Source: Penicillus capitatus (taxonomy: Eukaryota; Plantae; Chlorophyta). From it: a stretch of 64,000 nucleotides of DNA. Below, piece by piece: positions 14,801 through 25,032 of the stretch. Below the pieces are notes generated by a model that saw nothing but the letters and a program-made list of their open reading frames with translations, was not told the DNA's origin and did not search any database. Position 1 is the first letter of the stretch; each line of letters starts with the position of its first letter. The stretch is from NCBI GenBank assembly GCA_965649825.1, contig OZ287704.1, positions 48,001-112,000 of the forward strand, given 5' to 3'. A program made the position numbers and the translations under genes.

Positions 14801-16925
14801 TCCCAGGAGAAATGTCGAAGCTGCGAAAAAAATGCACGATGCCGTGGAGGGGCTGCGCTTGTGCCGATTGACGGGTACTGGCATTCCACTCCATTCTCGC
14901 CCGTCTTCTGCAAGTGCATCGATCAGAAGGCCTGCCAGTATGGAGGAAGGACAGACAAGCTCATGGCTTTCTATGAAAATGCTAGTGCATTGACGTCGCG
15001 ACTGAGTGCTCTGAATAAATTTATCGAAAAAGGAGGTCAGATGCCAGATTTCTCAGAATACCAGCAGTGCCTTGAAGGGTACGATGGGCCGCTCTGTGGT
15101 TCTTGTCAGCCGGACTACGGCCATTCGCACTCCTATGGATGCGAAGAATGTCCACAGGAGAAGACGACCGGCGTCCGCTTGACATTCGTAGCGGTATGGC
15201 TTTTCGTTGTGATCGGGTTGAACTGTGTCGTCACGTTGATGACCACCAATACCAGAATTGCATTCGCCAAATACGAACGGCAAGCAAAGATCATCACCGA
15301 AACAAGGGTTCTTCAAAGAACGGAGCACATTCAGGCCGCGCCTGTGCGAATCCCTCATCCTTTATCGGGCGAATCAGGTTTGTTAACGAACGATGTCATG
15401 CGCCTTCCCTTGGCCACCAGTAGCACAACCGCAGTTGCCGCCGCCACCCAGAGAAGACTCTATGCTCAGCAACTCATGCTTGCCGTTACCTTGACAGAGA
15501 TTCTTAAGGTCATGCCCGGCACGCACTGAACAGTTTGGAGACTCTGTTTCAGATTCTGGTCAACTACTTGCAAGTCACGGGCACTGCCTTACGCTTACAG
15601 ACGGAATGGACGGGGCCGCTTCGTATCCTGTTGCAGTTCGAAGGTAATTGCTGGTCAATCATATCTAGTCCTAAAATCGTGTTGACTCAGCTGGGTGGGT
15701 CGGATTCCTTGACGCCTTCATGTCGACTCCATTCGAGTGCGGTCTGGAAAAGGGTATCGCACCCGCATCCGTTTCTGCACTGTGGATGCGATTAACCATG
15801 CCGTGGTTGGCCCTGGCGGCTATAGAACTCACCTTTGTACTTGTCTGGCTCTGCACGCAACGCTATCGACACATGCGGGAGTTTCAACTCCCAACCTGCC
15901 TCATAGTGATCGCTCTCGTGTCTGTGAACTTCTCCTTCATCGACGTCACCAGAGAGCTCATGAGAGCCGTCAACTGTGTGCAGATCGCAGAGATGTGCAC
16001 AGACGATTCTGCTGGACATCCTTACGGCAACTATTCCTTGGACACAGCCGGAAGACTCTGGGCTGAAGACACGTCGCTGGTGTGTTTTGAAGGGAGTCAT
16101 TTGCCGCTCGGCATTGTGGGAATTATTGGACTCGCTGTCTCCTTCTGTGGAATCGTCACCATCATTCTCTGGCTGCCGATGAACAGAGAACACGTCGGAA
16201 AGAGCCAGTTCATCGCACGGTACTGGTTTATGTACCAGGCCTACAGAAACGAGTGGCATACCGTGTCCTGGGAGTCCGTGATCCTTGCAAGGAAGTCTGC
16301 CATCGTTGCCGTAGCGGTGTTCTCTGTTCATCTGAATCCTAATTTGCAAGCCGCCATGTGTGCCGGAATTCTAACCGTCGCTGTGGTCTTGCAAGCAATG
16401 TTCACGCCGTTCAAGATTCCGGAGAAGCACATCAGCCTGCCAGATTACGCCGGAGACATCTTCAAAAGGTTCTGCCTTCAGAACGTTGGACGTTGGTGGA
16501 TGCAATTCAACGATGCCATCCATCTCAATCTCATCGAAACTGCTTCGTTGGCATCTTCGGCAAGCGTCTACTTTTCAGCGATCGTCCTTCAAGATTCCGG
16601 TTCGTCTGTGCACGGGCGTCGAACAATATCAACCCTTTCGTTCGCCGCTAACGTGGCATTTGTGCTGTATGTTCTGTATCGTCTGTACGCTGGGGTCCAT
16701 CTCCTGTTGGATCTTAAGTTGGAGCAAGGCAATACGGCTTTCATAGCGGAGCATGAAAACGGAATGGGAATTCTCAGTCTCATCAGGAAGATCTGTGCCT
16801 TCCTTCGCGTTTTGCGCAGGAGTCGAATGGCGGACAGACTCATGGATGACGGCGTAGAAAAGAGCAACACTCTTGAGTTGAGTGTTTTACATGATCGTGA
16901 AACTGTAGAGACGGCGGCTGCATGA
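11803..16925 (+). CDS. Beta-helix, Cys-rich, multipass membrane protein, paralog 2
   Basis: Signal peptide MPPRVLSLFALALWLSSVFA; same motif series as paralog 1 (ORFs 11907, 12226, 13381, 14015, 15720). Confidence 0.85.
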
Positions 16926-17859
16926 TAGCAGACAGTGGAAACTGTTTTGCCTAGAGATGTCTTTCATATTGTAAATTGTGAACACACCGACTTCTCGGAT
17001 CTCGACAGCGCAACGCCGTTTGACATAGGCCAAACAGAGGCCGTGCCCGATGTCAGATCCCAGGGATGGCTTTCTCTGAATTTTTATGTACCCAATAGTC
17101 AGAAGGAATTTAACAGAGATCGATTTGCACACTTGAAGCGATGGTTGGCCAGAACGAATGAGATCTCCTCTGCCAATCACGACGATCTTGTAGCAGACTC
17201 CTCTTCGGGATGTACGTACACTTGTGCGCATGAGGACGTTGCATAGCTCTTTCAGAAGTACCGCCGGCTGTGGGACGCGACAAGCCCAGACTGGAACAGA
17301 CACGACAGTCGATCGACCTGAGATCTACCGCTACCTGCACTTGGACACATAATCCAAAATCGAAGTCGTTTCTTTGGCTGAGATGTGGCCCAGAAAAATC
17401 AAAACGGTAACTTTTCAGTGATGTATCTTCTTCGATATCCGATCTTACCTTCCCTCATTCTCTTGCTTTCTTCAACAAACTCTTGCAGGACGGGATGCGG
17501 GAACTGCGATAGATGACAACGTAGCAACACAATGAGCGACATTCCTTCGTGATGAGATTTCTCTTTTTTGTCTTGTCTACTTTTACGGGGAACATTGCAT
17601 CGACTGTAGGAATCCATCGCTGTGGCGAATCTCTTGTCGATTCCTGTCTCCGACAGCGGCTCGCAGCTTGTCGTATCGAGAGTTCTCACTAACCGTTCCT
17701 CAAACTCTGCACTGAGAAGTTAACAGTTGACGTCGTGTCTATGCCTCGTTCTTGGTTGAGAAAAAATGACCCCCTCTGTTTTTGGACTATAAATGCTTAG
17801 CAACGGTGCATTCGTTTGTCGATACTCCACAACGCGATTAGAGTCATGGCCACGCGCAG

Positions 17860-17871
17860 ATACCTTTGTAT
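17860..17871. repeat. Target-site duplication, left copy
   Basis: ATACCTTTGTAT, identical to 22680-22691. Confidence 0.9.
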
Positions 17872-17941
17872 ATATATATGAATCAGGTGTGTTACAGCCC
17901 CGTGTGCCCTTGGCATGTGGGGAAACATCTACAAAATGTGT

Positions 17942-20900
17942 TCAGAGATTCAAGTGGATCAGACCCCACTTTCTTAGTAACTGGCCGAGAAATTTGATAA
18001 GGGTTTTTATAAATTCCCATTTCTGGAGGAACTGGTTGGTTTCAACGGCATTCTGAGGAATCTTCCAGAGAGTTCTTCTTTCTTCCTGAAGATGAGGGCA
18101 AGTGAAAACATGGATTTGATCTTCGTCTTGCATCTGGCAGAGGCGGCAAAGTTGTGATTCGGACTTCCCTATACGGCAGAGGTGGGTCATTGCAGGCCAA
18201 TGCGCTAGCAGGTACTGCGCGAGTAAAGTGAGCTCGGAACGTCTTAGTTTTCGAAAAGGCCATTTGGGCCATGCATAGAAGGGGCCCCACCGGAGGGCCG
18301 ATCGGCCAGCCGAGGGGTTGGCTTGCTCCCAGTCTTGGACTTGCTGTGTTCTTATGATTTCTCGGATACTTTCCTTCCAGTCCTTGTAAGACAGCTTCCA
18401 GGGGGGTTTGAGACCCTCTTTAATGCGTTTTTGCAATTCGATTGCTAGCTCCAGTTTCCCTGCTGTGTAGGTTGCCTTGGGAGGCTGCGACCGTGAGTCT
18501 TGTGTTTCAAGAAGGGGCTCCAGTACTCGGCGTGGGAGGAAGAACGCTGACCTCAGAAGGAGTTCTTTGTATCTTGTTTGAATGTTCTCAAGTCCCGCAA
18601 GATGGATCACTTCTGTGAACGGGGAAGATGGGAGCGCGCCAAGTATCCAGAGAGAGCACAGTCGGATGATCCGGTCTAGCGCCAAGTGGATGGACTTAAC
18701 CCGGAGTCGAAAGCCCCATGCTTCAATCGCATACGTGAGAATTGGGAGGACAGCCCCCCTGACCAGCTGTCTTAGGACCGTAGGGCTGGTGCCAAAGTAT
18801 GTAGAGGCAATCATCTTCATCTGCGTGAGGCGGCGGAGTGCTGTTGCCCGAATAAAGTCCACGTGTTGGTGCATCAGGAGGCGCCGATCGATTTGGATGC
18901 CAAGATAGCGTAACGACTGAGCTGGCAGTAAAGTCTTGTTGTTGAATCGGAGATGCGGGCTTGTTTGCTTACGAAGGCGGGATATAAAGATCGTTTGGGT
19001 CTTGTCTGCGTTAAATTGCATCTCGAACTTGATTGCCCATGCTTCGAGTTTCCTTAGGGTCATTTGGACGTCCGTTGCGTCTGTGCCGTCCGCGTTGAGC
19101 TCCCTCCAAATCACTAGGTCATCCGCGTACATTTGTCCTTCCACCTGACCGGTTAACGACTCCAGTATACTATTAGCATACGTTATGAAGAGAGCTGGTG
19201 ACAGCGGAGATCCTTGTGGGAGACCTCTTTGCGGAAAATGTGTCCAACTACCTGAGCCTACTGACAAGGAAGCTTCACGTTGTCTGTAGAAGCCGTCCAG
19301 TAAACGGAGGAGGGGCCTTGGAACTCCAGCGTCTTGAAGTATCTTCCACATGACATCAGGGTCGGTTGAGTCGAAGGCGGCTTGAAGATCGAAGGAAATG
19401 ACCAATAGTTGCTTCTTGTTGTTGAGGGCGTTTGTGGCCTTCTCGAGGATGCGGGAGATTGCTTGAGTCGTGGATCGGTTCCTGCGGAAGCCGTATTGGT
19501 GCTTTGACCATTGCCCTGTGCCCTCCATGTGACTCGTGAGTCGGCTGCGGAGGAGCGTCTCGAACTTCTTTCCCATGCACGACAAGAGCGATATGGGGCG
19601 GTACCCAGCGACGTTTGTTGGATCTTTTCCAGGCTTGGGAACGCTGATGATGTTGGCCTTCCGGAAAGCTGCCGGGAAGTATCCTAGGACGAAGCATGCA
19701 TTGAAAATCCGGCACAATGGATGTGCCAGAAACTCTCTTAGCTTTTGAAAGAGCAGGTTTGGGATTCCGTCAGGGCCGGCTGCCGCGAGAGGTTTCCCAC
19801 TCTTGAGGACTTCAAGGACTTCAACGGTCTGGAATTCGTTATCTTCTGGTTCGAGGGGCGGCAAGGATGCGATCCAGTTGCGGTGAGTATGTGCACAGTG
19901 TGATTTATGCGACTCTGGACTATGGGGTGCCGGTTGTACAAAGTACTTTTTTGCCAGCTCCGCTGCAATCTTGGAGGGTTCCACGAGCGTTTCTTGCGGA
20001 GTCTTGAGGTAGTCAATGTCATAGGAGCGTTTTCTTCCAGTCAGTCTCTGGACTCCATTCCACATGCTGTCGTTCCCGAGGGAGGCACAGAAGTCCTGAA
20101 AAGCCTTTTGCTTTTTGGTCCGGGCTAGCGCCCGGAATTCCTGGATGCGGATGTTTTTTACCTCCTTATTGACCTCCGTGGGGGACCTTTTCCACGTGCG
20201 CTCGGCGTCCTTCATGCGGAGATGTTGCGCGCGAACTTCCATGTCGTACCACGGCCTTGATTTGTTGCACACTCGCTTAGCTGGGACGTGTTTCTGGATC
20301 AGACGCTGCAGTGTCTCCGTAAGCATTCCGACGCTATCATCAATTTCTTGTTTGGTGCAGATTGGAAGTTCTTCATCTCCCATGAGGCCCAGGTTTTGCA
20401 GGTCAATTTCCAGATCTTCGGAAGCTTGATCCCAGTCGGCTTTTTTCCAGTCCAAACTCGTCCGTATTGGAGCTTTGTTCGGGGACAGTTGTAACTGTGT
20501 GACAATCAGCTCATGGTCTGTCACCGCAATTAGATCCTCTTCCACGCGCCAGCTGGTAACAATGTCGAGCACCGGACTAGTGACAATGCTGAGATCAATC
20601 CAGTGTCCTTTTCCCCGGGCGTCATGGAACGTTGGAGGAGACTCCAAGTCGTTGAGGACCACCATCCCAAGTTGTATGATCATGTCTTCAAGGGACTCTC
20701 CGATGGGATTGGGTTCAAGGACCGGGCTCCACAGAGGACTATGACCATTGCTATCTCCGAGGGCAATGATTTTCGGATATCTGGGGCGTGCAAGTTCGAT
20801 CATTTCCTTGAGTTGGAGAAGCGCGGTGTCTCGATCGGCAGGTTTGATGTAGAAGCTTAATAGACCTAAAGGACCTTTACCAGTTCGGAGGGTGATCCCA

Positions 20901-21175
20901 GTGGCGAATTCCATGGGCGTCGTTAGGAGGGAATATTCCAATTGCTTGTGTAGGAGGAAGCCCGCCCAGCATTCTTTGTCTTTTATCCCAATCCAACGGA
21001 AATCCTCCACTCCGGATATCTTGTCCGAGCGTAATTTCTGGGGTGGGTCGGATATTGCAATGACGTCCATCTCAGTGATAAGTGGTATATGCATGAGTGA
21101 GTCCAGTGCTTGAATGCTCGCTCGGAGGTTGATTTGTCCAATCTTTATTTCTCTGTGTTCCGAGGAGGACCACAT
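17942..21175 (-). CDS. LINE ORF2: AP endonuclease, reverse transcriptase, C-terminal Cys/His motif
   Basis: 1077 aa; GDSNGH, HWIDLS, TDHELI (APE); YRPISLL, QYGFR, GLPQGSPLSP, YADD, YLGI (RT); CRLC..H...C. No RNase H seen. Confidence 0.95.
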   Translation of the reverse strand: MWSSSEHREIKIGQINLRASIQALDSLMHIPLITEMDVIAISDPPQKLRSDKISGVEDFRWIGIKDKECWAGFLLHKQLEYSLLTTPMEFATGITLRTGKGPLGLLSFYIKPADRDTALLQLKEMIELARPRYPKIIALGDSNGHSPLWSPVLEPNPIGESLEDMIIQLGMVVLNDLESPPTFHDARGKGHWIDLSIVTSPVLDIVTSWRVEEDLIAVTDHELIVTQLQLSPNKAPIRTSLDWKKADWDQASEDLEIDLQNLGLMGDEELPICTKQEIDDSVGMLTETLQRLIQKHVPAKRVCNKSRPWYDMEVRAQHLRMKDAERTWKRSPTEVNKEVKNIRIQEFRALARTKKQKAFQDFCASLGNDSMWNGVQRLTGRKRSYDIDYLKTPQETLVEPSKIAAELAKKYFVQPAPHSPESHKSHCAHTHRNWIASLPPLEPEDNEFQTVEVLEVLKSGKPLAAAGPDGIPNLLFQKLREFLAHPLCRIFNACFVLGYFPAAFRKANIISVPKPGKDPTNVAGYRPISLLSCMGKKFETLLRSRLTSHMEGTGQWSKHQYGFRRNRSTTQAISRILEKATNALNNKKQLLVISFDLQAAFDSTDPDVMWKILQDAGVPRPLLRLLDGFYRQREASLSVGSGSWTHFPQRGLPQGSPLSPALFITYANSILESLTGQVEGQMYADDLVIWRELNADGTDATDVQMTLRKLEAWAIKFEMQFNADKTQTIFISRLRKQTSPHLRFNNKTLLPAQSLRYLGIQIDRRLLMHQHVDFIRATALRRLTQMKMIASTYFGTSPTVLRQLVRGAVLPILTYAIEAWGFRLRVKSIHLALDRIIRLCSLWILGALPSSPFTEVIHLAGLENIQTRYKELLLRSAFFLPRRVLEPLLETQDSRSQPPKATYTAGKLELAIELQKRIKEGLKPPWKLSYKDWKESIREIIRTQQVQDWEQANPSAGRSALRWGPFYAWPKWPFRKLRRSELTLLAQYLLAHWPAMTHLCRIGKSESQLCRLCQMQDEDQIHVFTCPHLQEERRTLWKIPQNAVETNQFLQKWEFIKTLIKFLGQLLRKWGLIHLNL

Positions 21176-21219
21176 TTTAGTGGTTCTTCCCGAGGCTGAT
21201 CACGAGGTACGGTTCTTTT

Positions 21220-22659
21220 CTACTCTTGGCGGGAGAGGGGGGTTTTCCGTGTCCTCTCTTCTTCTTCGGGATCTTCTGTCCAATCTGTCGGTCCCACCTT
21301 GTGCAACTGAACTGTTGCAGCTTCAGAGTTCTTTGGTTTCTTGTCACAGTCTTCACTGCGATGTCTTCCATGACAGTGGCGACAGCTTGAAGCGAACCTA
21401 CACTCATTTATCGTGTGGAATCCCAAGCGACCGCAGTTGAGGCATCTCTTCTTGAGCGGTTCATACAAGCGGACGTGGCATAGTCTGTAGCCCATTACTA
21501 CCGCTCCATGTCTGTAAATCGCGTCGTGCAATGCGGGTTTGAGATGGACCCGAACTGAGCGAGAGTCTTCCAATTCTTCCGTCGCGGGGTTCCTCCATTT
21601 GAGTCTTGAGACTTGGAGAATGCTATCAAAGGCCATGTCGGCTTCCAATCCGTGGAGCTCGGCATTCCGGCTGACGAGTTCTTCTTTAATCTCGGCTTCG
21701 GAGATACTCTTGTCAACTTCTTGGATCACCAAGGAAGGTCCCTGGGGAACTGAAGGAAGATCAAGTTTCTTCCATGTGCCTTTCGAGGCGGTAACGATTG
21801 TCATGTCTCCCGATTCTTGCAGATGTTCCCATGCGTGTTCTGTAAGTTGGATCTGAAAGCCTCCGCGTTCCAGGCGTCTGAGATACTCCACCTGTTTTCG
21901 AGATCTCATGTTTGATGGGAGCCGAGCGGCGATGGCTGCCGTAATTTCTCTTTCAAATTGGATAATGGAGATTTCCATTCGCCTGAAGCCATCACATTCG
22001 GGCACCCACACCCCAGAGCGAGAGCGATCCGTTTTGGGAGGGGCCAACAGTTTCTTGGCTTCTTCTCTGGCTTGTTTAATTGGCTCCGGGGTTTTTCTGC
22101 GAGTTGGTGGAGCATCCCATGGGCTGCGCAAAGCAGCATCGCGGTATGATCTTCGCCTCTCTGGCGGCATCGGAACTCGTTCTTCTATTACCTTGGGCGA
22201 CGGTTGAGATAGTAGGGCTAGTCTCAAGCCTCCTATCAGCCCTTCAAGCATGTGAGCTGCTGCATTCAGTGGTGTCTCTACGTCCCCGTCATCGTTGATA
22301 AGGGCTGCCTGCGCTTTTTTGACCTCCGTGGTAGCCTTTAGGAGACCCCGAAGTGCCAGGTCAACAGGGGAGGTGTCGCTGGATAGCTCGATGGGCTGTT
22401 TGTCGGCGGAGGTGTTCGCCGACTGCTGACCTTCTCCTTCGTCAGTTCTACGCGAGTCGCAGAAAGCTTTAAGCAAACGACGTAGGTCATCTGCCGTTGT
22501 CTTCTTTTGGTGACCGTTGACGCCAAGTTTCTGACACCAAGCACGGATTGCAGCGAGCTTTGCTTCTTTAATTTCGCGGTCGGAAGGTAGCGGTTCCGCC
22601 TCGCGGCATCGTCGCGCCTTCGCGGTTGATGAGCTTGATCCGGTCGCCGGAGAGCTCAT
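21220..22659 (-). CDS. LINE ORF1 (gag-like nucleic-acid-binding protein)
   Basis: 479 aa; zinc knuckles CLNCGRLGFHTINEC and CRHCHGRHRSEDC; lies directly upstream of ORF2. Confidence 0.88.
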   Translation of the reverse strand: MSSPATGSSSSTAKARRCREAEPLPSDREIKEAKLAAIRAWCQKLGVNGHQKKTTADDLRRLLKAFCDSRRTDEGEGQQSANTSADKQPIELSSDTSPVDLALRGLLKATTEVKKAQAALINDDGDVETPLNAAAHMLEGLIGGLRLALLSQPSPKVIEERVPMPPERRRSYRDAALRSPWDAPPTRRKTPEPIKQAREEAKKLLAPPKTDRSRSGVWVPECDGFRRMEISIIQFEREITAAIAARLPSNMRSRKQVEYLRRLERGGFQIQLTEHAWEHLQESGDMTIVTASKGTWKKLDLPSVPQGPSLVIQEVDKSISEAEIKEELVSRNAELHGLEADMAFDSILQVSRLKWRNPATEELEDSRSVRVHLKPALHDAIYRHGAVVMGYRLCHVRLYEPLKKRCLNCGRLGFHTINECRFASSCRHCHGRHRSEDCDKKPKNSEAATVQLHKVGPTDWTEDPEEEERTRKTPLSRQE

Positions 22660-22679
22660 GCGTACGACAAAAAGGATAT

Positions 22680-22691
22680 ATACCTTTGTAT
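22680..22691. repeat. Target-site duplication, right copy
   Basis: ATACCTTTGTAT, identical to 17860-17871. Confidence 0.9.
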
Positions 22692-23751
22692 GGCAACCTA
22701 TGTCATTGTTGCAGCATTAGGAGTGTCCAGTGAGACAGCTCACGATTTAAAGGACGGTTTACAGTCGTGGAGTCACATGAGACAGGAAGCCGGATATTAC
22801 ACCAAGTCCGGCGTTTACAGAGGAGGCCTGTGGCGCATCGCCAGCAACAGAGAGTCGGAAGTCTACCACTGTCTCAAAGACGCCAGCAGTCGCTGTACCA
22901 TCTGGAATACGCACGAAAAGAATCAAGTGGAAGAAGAACGCGGCAAGTGTAGCTGTGCCGCGACGGAGCTGTCCTACTGCGAACAATGGACGTGTACGAC
23001 GAAGCGCGTCAGTTTACGCCACTACACTCGTTTCAAGGATACCTTGGAGTGTGGATGCGTCAGTCCGTCTCCCAACGAGAGATATTGTTCCGAGTGGGCA
23101 TGCACAGAGCGCAGCTCCTCGGGCCATTCTGAACAAGAAGACTACCAATGTGTGGAGGAGGACGTCACTGGAGAGTATTGCTATCGCTGGAACGGCAACA
23201 TTTCTTCCAGTCTCGAGATCGAGTCCTCTTTGTGCGAGTGCTTCGAGAGGGGAAAGCACTTCTGTAAACACTGGGAATGCCGAGAGAGGTCCATGATCCG
23301 CTGCGCTGCGCATTGGGGTGGATGGTGCAGCATTGAGATCGCCGTCTTCGTAGGAGGGATCTTTGGACTTTACTACTTGATGCAGATCTGGTGTATTCTT
23401 CGAAAAGAGCCTTGGCGCGAGTTGAACCGCCTAGTGTTGTCCAAGTCGCACGTGGTCGGACTGCTCCTGTTTTGCCTGATGATACCGTCGGAGCTACTCT
23501 ACAGATTCTGTTGCTTATCCTATCTGTTGGGTCAAAATGAACGAACAAATCTCAAATCGACTTGCTTGTTGTTGAAGTGGTCTCTGCTACTTTGTCTACC
23601 TTGGTTGATAGGAGTCGTCATATGGGGTGGGTTGTTGGCCTGCGCCATCGTAATCCCAGTTTGGATTGTCGTCTTTCTTATCATCGCATTCTCGCTTTAC
23701 TTTGAACGAATCCCGCATGATCGCCGAGTGCATCCTTCTTCACAAGTGTGA
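22690..23751 (+). CDS. Uncharacterised Cys-rich repeat membrane protein; original start at 17846, separated by the LINE
   Basis: 353-aa ORF with five C-x-x-W repeats followed by hydrophobic helices. Removing the LINE joins ATG 17846 in frame. Confidence 0.7.
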   Translation: MATYVIVAALGVSSETAHDLKDGLQSWSHMRQEAGYYTKSGVYRGGLWRIASNRESEVYHCLKDASSRCTIWNTHEKNQVEEERGKCSCAATELSYCEQWTCTTKRVSLRHYTRFKDTLECGCVSPSPNERYCSEWACTERSSSGHSEQEDYQCVEEDVTGEYCYRWNGNISSSLEIESSLCECFERGKHFCKHWECRERSMIRCAAHWGGWCSIEIAVFVGGIFGLYYLMQIWCILRKEPWRELNRLVLSKSHVVGLLLFCLMIPSELLYRFCCLSYLLGQNERTNLKSTCLLLKWSLLLCLPWLIGVVIWGGLLACAIVIPVWIVVFLIIAFSLYFERIPHDRRVHPSSQV

Positions 23752-23831
23752 TCGTTCTTCAGCTTTATGTTGTCATTGTTAAGCAACGCTTGTAAAATCC
23801 CTTTTGTGCGGACGCATAGAAAATTTAAACA

Positions 23832-25032
23832 AAGTGAATGGCTGCGAAATGCCTGTCAACAACGTTTGTTGAGTTTGCCGCGCTTTTTGTTACTGGCTCC
23901 GGCTTGCTGGTTGAGGAAGTGAAAGATCCGCAGTGCATGCATGGTTCGCGGTGACGTCGGCGACAAGCACGTTTAGCATCCACTCGCCCAGTCTGCTTAC
24001 TGCAACGCCTCTGCTGCCGAGTGAGCAACGCGTGGTAGCCAAAATGCGCTCGACATGTACAGTCCACAGGGCCACAGAAAAATGAGACAGAAGGCGCCGA
24101 GTGTCGCCACAAGAGGCAAGTAAGCAACGATATGCAGGCACTGAACGTAGATTACTGTGTCGAGCAGCCAAAAGAACATCGAACATGCGACAAATCCTTC
24201 GAGAAATGCAAACAGAGCTTCTCCGTCGATGCTACAAAGGGACTGTGTGTTCGCCACGCGGTTTCGCGTAACGTCGGACAGCATCCAGACGGAAACGAAA
24301 GCGGTTTTTACAGTCCTGTTTTTGGAACGCAAAAAAACGAAAGGGGAAGTCGACAAAAGTTTTTGTCCGGGTGGTGACCCTATCGTCGGCCCCCGAACTT
24401 GGCGCGACGTTGTCCTTTCCCCGCCGTAACCCATCCAACTCGGCGCGGGCTCGCCAGACTCAACCGGGTCAACTCTGATGGGACACCCTCCTCTGAGTCC
24501 GGCGCAGGAATCGAACCCCCGCGGTCGTACTTCTCGAACTGGTCCAACTGCACCATCCGCATTCGGGTCGATCCCCACAGTCGAGAAGACGCTGTCGCCA
24601 ATGAGTGCGCATCGGTGACGACTTCGCCGACGACTTTCTGACGACTCTGTCGAGCGACAAGCATGCATGCATCCTCGACGACTTCGCCGACCACTCTCTG
24701 GACGACCCGGGCAACATCTTTCGCGTCGCATTGTGATCTCCGATACGTTTCTTAGTCATCTGTCGGCGGCACCTGTCGTGTGGTATCCAACGCACAGTTT
24801 CTACTAACAAATCAGACCAATGTCTGAAGTCAGAAACATCAAAACGCGAGTAAGACTGCAAATCGTAGCGGCGTTTGAGAATCTCTCTGTGGTACTTGAC
24901 CCTTTGATTTGTGGGTCAGCCTGCCGAGAAACTTTATGTGAATCTGCTATTCTTTAAGGTTCGCAAAGAGAGCATATCATTCTTTTATTCGCAGTTACGC
25001 ATACATACTCACTGTTACAACCTGAAACGTGC
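23832..25032. repeat. Segmental duplication copy A (direct repeat of 37597-38849)
   Basis: Colinear similarity from aagtgaatggctgcg to gaaacgtgc; flanks visibly diverged, core near-identical. Confidence 0.88.
24331..24623 (-). ncRNA. Candidate Pol III-type structured RNA or SINE-like unit, copy A
   Basis: A box TGGTGCAGTTGG (24544-24555), B box GGTTCGATTCC (24507-24517), T7 tract (24331-24337), several helices; nearly identical to copy B. Confidence 0.45.

Larger units (their letters stand above)
17872..22679 (-). mobile_element. Apparently full-length non-LTR retrotransposon (LINE, APE-type, two ORFs)
   Basis: Two uninterrupted ORFs; flanking 12-bp direct repeat ATACCTTTGTAT at 17860-17871 and 22680-22691; (TA)n at the 3' end (17872-17879). 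Confidence 0.93.

Noticed and set aside
16935-17246. 103-aa ORF after paralog 2
   Set aside because: Starts with GTG and has no motif; likely 3' UTR or chance.
24500-24565. tRNA gene at the A/B boxes
   Set aside because: No D-stem partner, anticodon arm or acceptor stem could be formed.
24331-24623. SRP, RNase P/MRP, telomerase RNA or hammerhead identity
   Set aside because: No helix-8 AGCAG, P4 consensus, telomere template or CUGANGA/GAAA core was found by eye. Not excluded without Infernal.
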